A DNA stretch of 64,000 bases from Camelus dromedarius (Eukaryota): the NCBI RefSeq assembly GCF_036321535.1, contig NC_087437.1:10108001-10172000 (forward strand). Reading direction: 5' to 3'. A program made the position numbers and the translations under genes. Below are positions 11,224 to 24,106 of the stretch, piece after piece (position 1 is the stretch's first letter; each line of letters begins with the position of its first letter). The notes beneath the pieces were generated by a model. It did no database searches, had not been told where the DNA came from, and saw nothing but the letters and a program-made list of their open reading frames with translations.

Positions 11224-13670
11224 CATGATCAAGTGGGATTTATCCCAGGGATGAAAGGATTTTTCAATATCCACAAGTCAATCAATGTGATACACCACAT
11301 TAACAAATTGAAGAATAAAACCCATATGATCATTTTAATAGAGGCAGAAAAAGCTTTTGATAAAATTCCACATCCATTTAGGATAAAAATTCTCCAGAAA
11401 GTGAGCACAGAGTGAGCATAGCTCAACATAATAAGGACCACATATGACAAACCCACAGCTAACATCATACTCAACGTGAAAAGCTGAAAGCATTTCCTCT
11501 AAGATCAGGAACAGGGCAAGGATGCCCACTCGCACCACTTTTATTCAACACAGTTTTGAAAGTCCTAGCCACAATAATCAGAGAAGAAAAAGAAATAAAA
11601 GGAATCCAAATTTGAAAGGAAGAGGTAAAACTGTCACTATTTGCAGATGACATGATATTATACATAGTAAACTTTAAAGACACCCCCCCCCCTAAAATTA
11701 CTAGAGCTCATCAATGAATTCAGTAAAGTTGCAGGATATAAAATGAATATACAGAAATTTGTTGCACTTCTGTATACTAACAGTGAATTATCAGAAACAG
11801 AAATTAAAGAAACAATCCCCTTTACCATCACATTAAAAATAATAAAATACCCAGGAATAAACTTACTAAGGAGGTAAAAGACCTGTGCTCCAAAAGCTGT
11901 AAGACACTGGTGAAAGAAATTGCAGTTGACACAAACAGATGGAGAGATATACCATGTTCTTAGATTGCAAGAATCAATATTGTTAAAATGACCATACTTC
12001 CCAAGGCAACCTATAGATTCAATGCAATTGCTATCAAAATACCAATGGTACTTTTCACAGAACTAGGACAAAAAGTTTTAAAATTTGTATGGAAAGACAA
12101 AAGACCCTGAATAACCAAAGCAATTTTGTGAAAGAACAGAGCTGGAGAAATCACCGTTCCTGAATTCAGACTATACTACAAAGCTAAAGTAATCAAAACA
12201 TTAAGGTACTGGCACAGAAACAGACACATGGATCATTAGAACAGGACAGAGAACCCAGAAATAAACCCACACACTTAAGGTCAATTAATCTATGACAGAG
12301 GAGGCAAGAATAACAGTGGAGAAAATACAGTCTCTTCAATAAGTGGTGCTAGGAAAACTGGACAACTACATATAAAAGAACGAAATTGGAGCATTCTCTA
12401 ACACCATATACAAAAATTAACTCCATATGGATTAAAGACCTAAATGTAAGACTAGCTACTTTAAAACTCCTAGAGGCAAACACTCTTTGACATAAATCAC
12501 AGCAATATTTTCTTGGATCTGTCTACTGGAGTAATGGAAATAAAAGCAAAAATGAACAAATAGTACTTAATTGAATGTAAAGGTTTTGCTCAGCAAGGGA
12601 AACTAAACAAAATGAAAAGACAATCTACGGAATGGGAGAAAATATTTGCAAATGATGCAACTGACAAGGGATTAATTTCCAAAATATTCAAACAGCTCAT
12701 ACAGCTCAATATCAAACAAACAAACAACCTAATCAGAAAAATGAGCAGAAGATCCCAATAGACATTTCTCCAAGGAAGACATGCAGATGGCCAATAGGCA
12801 CATGAAAAGATACTCAACATCGCTAATTATTAGAGAAATGCAAATCAAAATTACAATGAGGTATCATCTCACACCAGTCAGAATGGCCATCATTAAAAGT
12901 CTACTAATAATAAATGCTGGAGGGGGTGTGAGGAAAAGGGAATTCTCCTACACTGTTGGTGGGAATGCAGTTTGGTGCAGCCACTATGGAGGACAGTATG
13001 GAGGTTCCTTAAAAAACTAAAAATACACTTGCCATATGATCCAGCAAACCCACTCCTGGACATATATCTGGAAAAGATGAAAACTATAATTTGAAAAGAT
13101 ACATGCACCCCAATATTCATAGCAGCACCATTTATAACAGCAAGACATGAGAGTACCCTAAATATCCATAGACAGCTGACTGGATAAAGAAGATGTGGTA
13201 TACATACACAATGGAATATTACTCAGTCATAAACAAGAATGAAATAATGCCATTTACACCAACATGGATGGACCTACAGATTATCATACTAAATGAAGTA
13301 AGTCAGAGAGAGAAAGACAAATATGATATCACTTATATGTGGAATCTAAAAAAATGTTATAAATAAACTTATTTATAAAACAGAAACAGACTCACAGACA
13401 TAGAAAACAAACTTATGGTTACCAAAGGCAAAAGGTGGAAGAGGGATAAATTAGGAGTTTGGTATTAACAGAGACACATTACTATATATAAAATATATAA
13501 ATAAGGACCTAATGTAACACAGGGAACTATATTCAATTTGTTGTAATAACCTGTAGTGGATAACAATCTGAACAAGAAAGCATATATATGTGTGTGTGTA
13601 AAATTGAATCACTTTGCTGTACATCTGAAACTAACACAACACTGTAAATCAACTATATTTCAATTAAAAA
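11224..13670 (+). mobile_element. 5'-truncated L1 (ORF2 reverse transcriptase to C-terminus, 3' UTR, A-tail); ORF2 disrupted
   Basis: ORF fragments [26 protein letters not shown] and [24 protein letters not shown] catalytic region ctatttgcagatgacatgata (LFADDMI); ORF2 stop at ~13349; L1 3' UTR. Confidence 0.97.
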
Positions 13671-13671
13671 A

Positions 13672-14009
13672 TTGAGAATTAATAAACAGAAACCCCACTT
13701 AAATAATGTTAAGAGACCAAAAGGGGGCAGGCTCACACCCCACAACAACAGCAGAGCCCAACAGGAAAAGGAAAAACTTCTCTTCTTTCTTGTCAAGGAC
13801 TCAGCCAATGAAAAATACAGACTCTGTTTACTACAGCCCTCCCAGCTTCGTTTTCTTCCCTGTAAAAGCATTCTCCTTCCTTTTGTCCTTCCAGGACTTG
13901 CACTGTGACTCACCATGATTGCATATCCTGAATTGCAATTCTCTGCTATCCCAAATGAGCCCATCTTTGCTGGAGAAATATCTAGCAGTCAGTTTATTTT
14001 GGGTCAACG
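13672..14009 (+). mobile_element. ERV1-class LTR
   Basis: CCAAT box, tgtaaaagc, and U5-like gaattgcaattctctgctatcccaaatgagcccatctttgctggagaaata...ggtcaacg end. Confidence 0.65.
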
Positions 14010-14170
14010 AATCCTTATGATGTTAGAATTTTCACATACTCATTTCACAGATGGGGAAACTGAGGTATGGAAAAGCTAAGTACTTGCTGAACCTCATGTA
14101 ACCCAAAAGGATCTGAGCTGGTACTTGAACTCAAGCAGCCTGGCTCTTGGCTAAGATGCTCTAACATGAA
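14010..14170 (-). mobile_element. MIR SINE (continues the MIR piece at ~11185-11220)
   Basis: catttcacagatggggaaactgaggtatggaaaagctaagtacttgc...cttgaactcaagcagcctggctc. Confidence 0.8.
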
Positions 14171-15299
14171 TCACTTGGTGACTAATCTGACTTTTTAAAT
14201 TCTTTCTTCTGATTCCAGTTGTTAACAGCTGGGGAGGGGGTAGTGTCTGGAGGTAAAGCTAGAAGAGGAATAGGAGGAAAGAATTTTAAAATAATGTGTT
14301 TCTTTCCTATTATACAAAGTACTTATTCATGGCCAAAAAGTTGGCAATTATAGAAAAGAGAAAAAAAATGAAAGTCATTATTCTAGATAATTACTATAAA
14401 TATTTTGTTATGAAATCATTCTGCTTTTTTTTTTCCATGTATATCTGCCAACAAATGTGAGTTTCAGAGAGCTGGACTCTTACTGTCTTCATCCATTTTA
14501 TAATATAGCATAGACATTTACACAGTCATTGAATATTCCTTGAAATATCACTTCCAGTGGCTGCACAGCTTCAATTCATAAGGATGTGTCATAATTTATT
14601 CTAATTTTAAAATGTAGACCCAATCTAAATATTTTGCAGTTATAAATATTAGCACAATAAATGTTTGTGCCCATCTCTGCTAATTCCTTCAAAACATGTT
14701 TCCAGGAATGAAATTACTGGGTTAAAGGATATATAAGCTTTTAAGGCTTTTTATAAACTCCTTAGTATATTGCCCTCCAGAAAGACTGGCAATTCAGAGG
14801 ATAAAGTTAATTATTTTCTCCTGCTGCAAGCATCTTTAGATGGGGTCACATCCCATCTAAGAGACATCCCAAGACAGCCACAGGGAATGTCCTTTCACAC
14901 AATTCTCCTTCCCACATCTCCCATCCAGAGTGAGTCTAATTCACTACTGTTCTATGGTAGCAAACGCAAACAGAATCAAAGAGAATGAAGTAGAAGTTGG
15001 AAAAACACTGTTAAGGCTTGGTTCTGCATATTTAGGACTTAGGGCTTAGAAAAGCGCTAACAGATTTCGATTAGCCATCTCCACTTTACAAAAAGATTTA
15101 CATTCAATTAATTTGGGGCTCTCAACTCAGATTCTGAGAGGATCCAGGCAGATCACCAATGCTGACTAGGACTAAGAAAAAAGTAACATGGGGAACTTTT
15201 TACCTTTGTCAAGACTTAACCCTCCTGAAGGGAACAGTCTTGGCTTGGCAACAGTGAGTTGCGGCCAGAAGGCATCTCCATGGCTACAATTTTCCAATT

Positions 15300-15772
15300 T
15301 GTTTTCTTTTTATTGAAGTATAGTTAGTTACAATGTGTCAATTTCTGGTGAACAGCACAGAGTCCCAGTCATGCATATACATGCATATATTCACTTTCAT
15401 AGTCTTTTTCATTAAGGGTTATTACAAGATATCGAACATAGTTCCCTGTGCTATACAGAAGAAATATTTTTTTAATCTATTTTGATATATGTAGTGACTA
15501 ACATTTGTAAATCTCAAACTCCCAAATTTATTCCCTCCCAGCCCCTTTCCCTGGTAACCAGAAGATTGTTTACTATGTCTGCGAGTCTGTTTCTGTTTTG
15601 TAGATGAGTTCACAGTGTCCTTTTTCTCTATTTTTTAGATTCCACATATGAGTGATATCATATGGTATTTTTCTTTCTCTTTCTGGCTTACTTCACTTAG
15701 AATGATGATCTCTAGGTCAATCCATGTTGCTGCAAATGGCATTATTTTATTCTTTTTTTATGGCTGAATAAT
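15300..15772 (-). mobile_element. Young L1 3' end (5'-truncated)
   Basis: T-rich tail, then ttattgaagtatag...tagattccacatatgagtgatatcatatgg; approximate TSD aattttcca on both sides. Confidence 0.92.
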
Positions 15773-17714
15773 TTTCCAGTCCTTAATGGGACATTGGGAA
15801 TCTGGGATTTGTGTGTGTGTGTTGTCTGGGTATGTGTTTGTGTGTATATAATCACCCAACTTTAGAATACTGGTAACTGATTGAATTTTTTTTAAAATAC
15901 TGCACTAGATAGAGAACGTATTGTTTCTACTTTAACCTTTTAGGGTTCATTCCATTTTACTGTACTCAGTTTGGTACCAGAATCTTCAATATAGCCAAAG
16001 TAGTAGCTCTAGACAAGTGGTTTTTGTAACCAGCACTCTGTCAAGGAAACAACTTGTACAGGTTCTTAAGAGGTGCGACCACCTGTCTTCCTCCCGGGTG
16101 TTGATTATTAAGATGAAACGGGCTTTAAAGAAGGTGGCAGACTCGATGGAGTGAGAAGAGACACTGACTTAAAAGAACTCCATTACCACCTATGGGTTTA
16201 TGAGTGGCTGCCACTTTGAACCTATCTGGTTATAGCCGAAACTTCCTAGCAAGAAAACCCATATTACCTACAACATGCTGCTGGCTTATCCGTGACAGTC
16301 ACTGGAACAGCCTCACCATGATCTATTTTAATATGTCTCTTGACCGATTTTTATATTCTAGCACTGAAAATTTAAACGGCTCACTTACAGAGCCTGGGTG
16401 TGTTATTTTCCAATAAAACACATTTTACAAGTAGCTTTCTCTCCCGCTTTCCTTTTTATGGGATAGTTTCCATCGTACGGAGGAACTGATTGATCTTCAC
16501 AAACTTGAAAAATGGAAAAAGTCTTTCATGCATTGTAGCCCAGATCCTTAACTTCTGTCAGCCTGGAAATCACTTACAGTACGTGCGTGGCCTCTGATCT
16601 TAATTTTTCCCCTTTTGTGGGAATAGTATTATGCTGGTTATAAAAGCAAATAACACTGAACAAAGCTCCTCACATTAGTGCTCAGGGAAAAGTGAGCACA
16701 TTGATTTCAATTCTTTGCCATCAGAATTCTTTCCTTGGCGCCCGTCCAGGTCATTATTCATTTCACTTGCATCTCCATTACATGAAAACTGTTCGGGTAA
16801 TTGAGCTGTCTAGCTTCCAAAAAATGTAGAGAAGTAGACTTTTCACTGTCCCGGAGACTACTTCAGCTCACTCACATTTATCTAGGCTTGCCTAAAAGCC
16901 TCACAATCCTGATTGACGGAGAGAGTACATCTGATCTAGTGAGTGTAACACAAAATTAGCTGATCAAAATGGAAAGTTACTGAATTCAAGATCTCTGGTC
17001 CTGACTCTTTTACACAAAATGTTTCAACTTGTAGAAAAGCTTAGAGTTTACAGATTTTTTATTCTTTGTTAATAAAAGTGGAAGAAATGTAGACTAATTC
17101 AAGCCTTGCTTGAGGTTTTAACCTTATTTTGCTTTGTAGAAACTCGAAATTGTTTATGTAGCCTGTTCCAGGCTAGTTGAAGTTCAGGAGAAAAGTCAAG
17201 TGATGGTAACAGGTAGGAAGGACTCTTCCAGCAAAACCCTAGCACAAAATAAGAGTTATCAGATTCATCATGAAATTGCATAATAGCCAACTGGCCATCA
17301 AATGAATTTCCAAAGCGAAGGGAACATTTAAGAAGAATTTTACCCATTTTAGGCAGCAATAAAACATCTAATGATTAAACCACTGTTTCCGTTGTATCTG
17401 TAAAAGGAAGGTGGAGCATTGGAATGATTATCTATCTTGTATTTCCTCTTCCACTAGCAGCCACACTCATGAAAAAGCATCAGCATTGGGGTAGGCAACC
17501 ATCCCAAATAAGAAACCAACTTGCGTATTTTTAGATCATTCAAGGTTTGAACCAAGCATGTGGCCATCCAGTGATATGTACCAGGGCTCACAAAAAAAGG
17601 AAGTTGCTAAGTGGGTGTCCAATGTTTTTAGGAATGACCCATCTTGTTACCTTCCATCTGGCTCTTTAAACTTCCCGCCCTCCCACATCCATTTCATCCC
17701 CAAGAAATGAGATC

Positions 17715-19040
17715 TTCATTACTACCACCTTATCCCAAGCCACCATTACCTTTTGCTTGAACTGGTGCAATATTCTCCTAACCGAATTCCCTGCTTGACT
17801 TCAATTCTTTGCCATTGGAATTCTTTCCTTAATACCCATCCAAGTCATTATTCACTCCACCTGCAGTCCATGAACAAAGAAGCCAGAACGATCATGTAAC
17901 AAATAAAAATAATGATGATGCTTTTAAAGTTTACAGTTCAGGGGCATTTAGTACATTTACATGCTGTACAACCTTCAGTTCCAAAACACTTTTCCTCATC
18001 CCAAGAGAAAACTCTGCACCATTTAGCAGTCAATCCCTCTTCCCCCCTCTCCCCAGGTCCTGACAACCACTAATTTGCCTTCTGTCTCTAAAAATTTACC
18101 TATTCCGGATATTTCATATAAATGCAATCATAAAATATGTCACCTTTTGGGTCTGTTTTTTTTTCCACTTAGCATGTTTTCAAGATTTAGCTGTGTTACA
18201 TCATATATCAGTACTTCATTTGTTCATATGACTCGATAATATTCCCATATGTGCATATACCATATTTAGTTTATCCATTCTTCAGTTGATGGCCATTCTG
18301 GTTGTTTCCACCTTTGACAATTATGAACAGTTCTGCTGTGAACATTTGTGTAGCCATTTTTGTTTGAATACCTGTTTTTAATTCTTTGGGGTCCAGACAC
18401 AAGAGTAGGGTTACTGGCTCATATGGTTTAAGTTTGTGAAGAACTACCAAATTGGTTGTCATAGCAGCTGCATCATTTTCCACTCCCACCAACATCTTCC
18501 AAGGGGATCAATTTCTCCACATCCCTACCAACATGTGTCATTTTTGTTTTTTTTTTTTTAATCATGGCCAAAAATATATATATAGCTAAAAGGATCTTTT
18601 TATAGCTGTAATTCAGATGATTTAATATCCTTCCACCGGCTTCCATCCTTTAGAATAAAATTGAAAACCTTGACCATGCTTCCAAGGCTCTAAGAGATGG
18701 GGGACCTGACTCTCTCCCTCATCCGTCCTCCCACCACTTGCCGTTTTTCTCACTTCACGCCGACTGCATTATCCTTCTCATCAATCCTCAAAAGCACCAA
18801 GCTTGCTCCCACTCGAGGGTCTTTGCACTTGCTGTTTGGTGTGCCCTTCTCAAAGATCTCTTCATCTTACTCCCTTATTTAAGCTCCAGCTCAAATGGGA
18901 TGTCTCCTACAAGTTCTACCCTGATCAACCATCAGGGTACAAACCATCTACCACAGCACAAATGCACTGCCTGAGCCTGGGTTCCCTAGAAAATATAATT
19001 TGATTCGGGAGTCAGTACTAAGATGTGTTGTTGAGTGGGT
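17715..19040 (+). mobile_element. L2 fragment split by an L1MB-type insertion
   Basis: ccaccttatcccaagccaccattacc...agccagaacgatc (17715-17900) resumes as ttagaataaaattgaaaaccttgaccatg...agggtctttgcacttgctgtt (18590-19040). Confidence 0.7.
17925..18570 (-). mobile_element. L1MB-type 3' region
   Basis: ttttaaagtttacagttca...tattccggatatttcatataaatgcaatcat...atccattcttcagttgatggccatt. Confidence 0.88.
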
Positions 19041-19344
19041 GGGGAGCAGGGTTGAAATCCTAAAGGAAATAAGAGTATAAAAGGGAAGTGAGATAATAAT
19101 AAATTCCACATGACAGGAAAATGTGTTATTCAGCTGGTCGGTTTCTAAAAAAAAAGAAATAACCATAGCTGGTCTCACAGAGTCCCCGGAAGGGCTCACT
19201 GAAGTTTACGAGTCTCCTAACAGTCTGTCGAGGACAGTCTGTAAAGAGACAGAGAGAGAAAGGATGAGTGATTATCTCCTAACACCTTCCAGTCTCCTGT
19301 CTGTCATTATTTGAAGTCTACCTTATAAGGTTTTGCTTTGTTTT

Positions 19345-20045
19345 GTTTAATTGCGGTAAAATATACATGACATAAAATTTACCATCTTGGCCATTTTTAG
19401 CTGTTCATATCAGCACTGCCAAGTGCATTCACATTGTTTGTAACCAAACTCCAGAACTCTGGTCTGCTTGCAAAACTGAAACTCCCCACCCGTTAGGCAA
19501 CAACTCCCCATCTCTTCCTCTCCCCAGCCTCTAGTTACTTCCATTCTCTCTATGAATTTGACTCCTCTAGGGTCTTCATATAAATTAAATCATATGATGT
19601 TTATCTTTTTGTGTCTGACTGATTTAATTTAGCAAAATGTCTTCAAGTGTGTGAGAGGATCGCCTTCTGTGTTAATGCTGAATAATCATCCGTCATATTT
19701 ATAACCACATTTTGTTTATCCATTCCTCCATTGATGGATGCTTGGTTTGCGTCCCCCTCTTGGCTATCTATAATGCTGCTAGGTACCTGGATGTACAAAT
19801 CTCTCTTCAAGACCCTGCTTCAGGTCTTTTGGACATACACCCAGAAGTGGAATTGTTGGATCATATGGTAATTCTGTGTTTAATCTTGAGTAACTGCCAT
19901 ACTGTTTTCCATTGCAACTGTGCCATTTTATATTGCTACTTACTGTGCCCAGGGGTTCCAATTTCTCCACATCCTCACCAACACTGGCTATTTTCTGTCT
20001 TTTTTTTTTTTTTTCAGTAGTAGCCTTCCTAATGGGTGTGAGGTC
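19345..20045 (-). mobile_element. L1MB-type 3' region
   Basis: ggtaaaatatacatgacataaaatttaccatc...; the minus-strand ORF 19779-20051 reads as L1 ORF2 C-terminus (ELPYDPTIPLLG). Confidence 0.9.
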
Positions 20046-20624
20046 CCACAAGATTTTAACTTCTCCACACTTTCAGGTTGTGTAGTGTGGCCCTCCCAGG
20101 AAGCTGCTGAACAAGCTAGAAACTTCAAGCAACCATTCCTGGTAGGGAATGGACAAGAGCCTTGTCTTCCCAGTTGGCACCACGTGTAGGGTCTCTGGAC
20201 TGTGGTAGCTTTATTACTCCAGAGAGTTATAAGTAAGCAGTTGTTAGGTCCAATCCAGCCAATGAAGTAAATAACAGAATGGGTATAGAGTTAGGTAAGG
20301 CCAGGCAAACCCAAGATGGGGCATAAACTAGGCTTAATATATCCATTTACCCTGCTTCATTTTCCCCCACGTATTTGCCTTTTATCTAAAGCTAAATATT
20401 TAGGCATAGTTTATTTTCTTTATGTCCACTTCCCCCAAAATATGTAAGGCTCATATTTGTCTTGTCCGTCTCTGTATTTCCAGTGCCTAGAACAAGCCCT
20501 GACATATACCAGGGAGAGGCAAAACTATAGAAAGAAAAATGAGTGATTTGTCTAACTTCCTTTTTGCTTAAATCAAAGTTCACCTAAGCCTTTTCCTACC
20601 ACCCATGTCTCAGATTTGGATGCA

Positions 20625-22345
20625 AGATTTCCATCTCCAGTCAGCATGGAGAGAACCACAAGAGACTATCTCTCTTGCCCTGACAACAAGAACAAACCAG
20701 AAAATCTACAGAAGCAGAGTTTCAGAGAGCTGACAATGCAAAGAATAAAAAGGGAACCAAGTTTAATGAAGTGAAAATCCCCTCTGAGGAAACGTGAACG
20801 CCACTGTCTTTATCCCTAGAGGAGCAGTGGGAGGAGAAATCCACCATTAACAGAGTAAGAATATGCCAGCGGAACTTGTCTTGGTTGCATGTGAATGAGC
20901 ACGAGCAGAAGGCTTGAAGCCCTGCCACAGGCGTAGGGCAGAGCATCAGGGCAAAGAGGGATTTTCTCAGGTACAAAAGTTGGAGGTAGGACTGGAGAGT
21001 TAAAAGAATGGACCAACTCCCAAACAACTACCAGCCTGGCTATAAAGCAGAAGGATATTTCCAGGGTTCTACTGGAGGTCAGATCCAAAATCTCTTCCAT
21101 CCACCAGGTCTTCACCTTGGCTCTTCACCAAGTGCACAGGGTTAGTGTGCCAAAGACAAGGGCAGAGCCACTGAGAGATCTCTCTGAGGTGTACAAGACC
21201 CTCTACAAGTGCAGGGCAAAGAAACACAGAGCAAACAAACTTACAGTTACTGGGGGGAAGGGAGTGGGAAGGGATAAATTGGGAGTTTGAGAGTTGCAGA
21301 CACTAACTACTGTGTATAAAATAGATGAACAACAAGAGTCTACTGTAAAGCACAGGGAACTATATTCAATGCCTTGTAGTAACCTATAATAAAAAATAAT
21401 ATGAAAAGGAATATATGTACGTGTATGTATGACTGAAACATTATGCTGTACACCAGGAATTGGTACAACATCGTAAACTGATTATACTTCAACTTAAAAA
21501 ATGAAATAAACTGACTATACTTAAATTAAAAAAAGAAAAATTAAAAAAGAAACACTTCCTGAAGACTTGGCATAGCAGAAGAGTTGAGGTGAATCTCTCT
21601 AAGCACAACAGCACTTCTCAAGGGTCAGAAAACACCTGCCAAAGGCTGGGGTTGAGGCAGGAGAGCTAAAAGACATTTGTCCAATGCACGGAGCCATTCC
21701 TTTTAAGGTGTAGGGCAGGTCATCAGGGCAGAGAGAGATTTTCTCAGGTGCAAAATTTGGAGGTAGGACTGGAGAGTTAAAAGAATGGACTAACTCCCCC
21801 AAAAAACAACCAGCCTGGTTATAAAGAAGAAGGATATTTCCAGGGTTCCACTGAGGGTCAGATCCCAAAATCTGCTGAAGGAGAAGTCCTGATTCACCCT
21901 CACAAGTGAAGCTACTGGTGAGCTGTTTCTAAACAAGAGGTCAATGAAGCTTTAACTCACATCAGCTCTAGATTTGATTAACTCAGCATGTCAGAAACGG
22001 GACAGAAGAGGAAGCCCTTTTAGGGCAATCATCGTTTATTCTCCGCTGCACTTTATACGAGATACTCAGTGTACGGTACAAAATTATGAGACACGTAAAG
22101 AAGCAAGATAAGGTGACTGACGGCCAACACAGGAAGCCGTCAACAGAAGAAGACTCAACCCTGGCCCAGGTAAGTAAGTTAAAGGATATGTTGGAAAGAA
22201 TGACCAACACGCATAAATAAATGCAGGATTGCAGCAAAGAGAAGGAATTTATAAGAAAAATGAAATGAAACAAATTAATAACTAATTCCATGGGCTTATT
22301 AGCAGGTTGACACAGCAGAGAAAGTGATCAATGAACCTGGGGACT
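20625..22345 (+). mobile_element. Old L1 5' UTR and ORF1 start, with an internal direct repeat and a nested young L1 3' end
   Basis: 5' end gatttccatctccagtcagcatggag...; ORF1-like aaaattatgagacacgtaaagaagcaag and atgggcttattagcaggttgacacagcagag. Confidence 0.6.
21228..21545 (+). mobile_element. Young L1 3' terminus
   Basis: gggaagggataaattgggagtttgag...attatgctgtacaccagg plus A-tail; 10-bp TSD AAAGAAACAC at 21218-21227 and 21546-21555. Confidence 0.92.
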
Positions 22346-22752
22346 CAGCACTTGTCCTTCCCTGTGTCCGGAATGCTCTCCTCTGCACCATGGGACTCGT
22401 CTCTCACTCCCTTCAGTTCTTGATTCAAATGCTATTTCAGCAATGAGGCATAGCCCCTATTATTTTTAAATAAACCTACCCCTTTATTTTTTTCAATAAC
22501 ATTTTATTATATCTGAAGTTATAGATACAGATGCACAAAGAAGCACACATATATGTGTGTATGTCTACTCATGTACAGTTACTTATTTTAAAGCTTTATG
22601 TTCGTTTTCCCATGTCAAAATGTAAGTTTTTGAGCTAAGAGGCTCTGTCCATATTGTTCGTTGCTTTACCCTTAGAACCTCCATTCTCTATTGGGAATGC
22701 AGTAGCTATTTAATTGATAGATGAATTATGGAATCAATAGATACATGAATGG
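22345..22752 (+). mobile_element. L2 3' fragment
   Basis: gcacttgtccttccctgtgtccggaatgctctc...ctcactcccttcagttcttgattcaaatg...aaaatgtaagtttttgag. Confidence 0.65.
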
Positions 22753-23009
22753 AGCCAGGGAGTCTGGTTAACTGATGTCTACTGTAATTGAGTGCTTACT
22801 GTAAGGTGTACTTGAACAGTAGAAAGAAAAATAGAAAGAAAAATAGAAAGTCATACCTCAACAGTTTGCAGTGGTCAAAACCAATAAGGACAGCCTTTAA
22901 GAAGAGGTTCAAATGAGCAATTCTGTGTTATAAGAGGATAATTCTGATGGCAAAGTAGTAGAATGGAATTGATGGGGAAGAAACTGAGATGAAGAAAACC
23001 AGTTAAGCG

Positions 23010-23325
23010 TTTATCTGCACAGCAAAGAAAACCATCAACAAAATGAAAGGGCAACTTACAAAATAGGAGAAATATTTGCAAATCATATGTCTGATAACGG
23101 ATTAATATCCATAATATATAAAGAACTCATATAATTCAATAGCAAACAAACAAACAAACAACAACCAAACAATCCAATTAAAATGGGCTGAGTATCTGAA
23201 CAGACATTTTTCTAAAGAAAATATACAGATGGCAAACAGGTACATGAAAAACTGCTCAACAACACTAACCATCAGAGAATGCAACTCAAAGAGATATTAC
23301 CTCACACTGGTCAGAAAGGCTGTTT
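23010..23325 (+). mobile_element. L1 ORF2 C-terminal fragment
   Basis: ctgcacagcaaagaaaaccatcaacaaaatgaaagggcaac...gaacagacatttttctaaagaaaatatacagatggc. Confidence 0.9.
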
Positions 23326-23609
23326 TAAGTTCCCTGCTAAGTGACTTTCTTTGAAAGCAAGATCTCAATGATTACACCTTTCAAAAAATGCTATGCTAAA
23401 TATTATGTGGGAAATCCAGTCAAAATTTTAGTTTTTTTAAACTATAATTTCCTTAGATTGGAACTGCATGTATTTAGATGACCATTTTAGCCACCTAGTG
23501 ACTTTCTCCAATATTTAATATATAATTATATAAACCATTTTGCAAAAACATTATATAGCCTCTTTATAATAGTGTAGTTCCTAAATTCTAAGGCTCAAAT
23601 AATTGTACT

Positions 23610-24106
23610 GTTACCATAGAGTAGGCTCTTGTCTTACAGAGGAAAGAATTCAAGAGCGAGCCATAGTGAAGTGAAAATAGATTTATTCAGGGAGATACAC
23701 ACTCCATAGACAGAGTGGAGGCCACCTCAGAAGGCAAGAGAGGTGGCCCCAAGATGTGGGGGTGGTTAGTTTTCATGGGCTGGATAATTTCACATGCTAA
23801 CAAGTGGGACGGTTGTTCCAACTCTTTTGGGGAAAGAGTGGGTATGTCCAGGAATTGGGCCCCTGACAACTTTTGTCCTTTTATGGTCAACCTAGGGACT
23901 CTCATGGAACCTGTGGGTGTGCCATTTAGCAGCTAATGTATTACAATGAGCCACAATGAGGCTCAAGTTGCCCTGGAAGTCCAGTCTTCTGCCATCTTGG
24001 GATTAGTTGGTTCTAACCAGTTTATGTTGTACTGTGTCTGTGTACTGTGGCAATGGCTGTGTCATTCTTTAAACTGTTGTGACCTGTGCCCTTCCCTTTT
24101 GTCTCA
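23610..24106 (-). mobile_element. ERV1-class solo LTR (same family as 4353-4879)
   Basis: TG...CA termini (tgttacc...tgtctca), imperfect 4-bp TSD gtac/gtaa, gccatcttgg motif, TTTATT on the plus strand. Confidence 0.8.
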
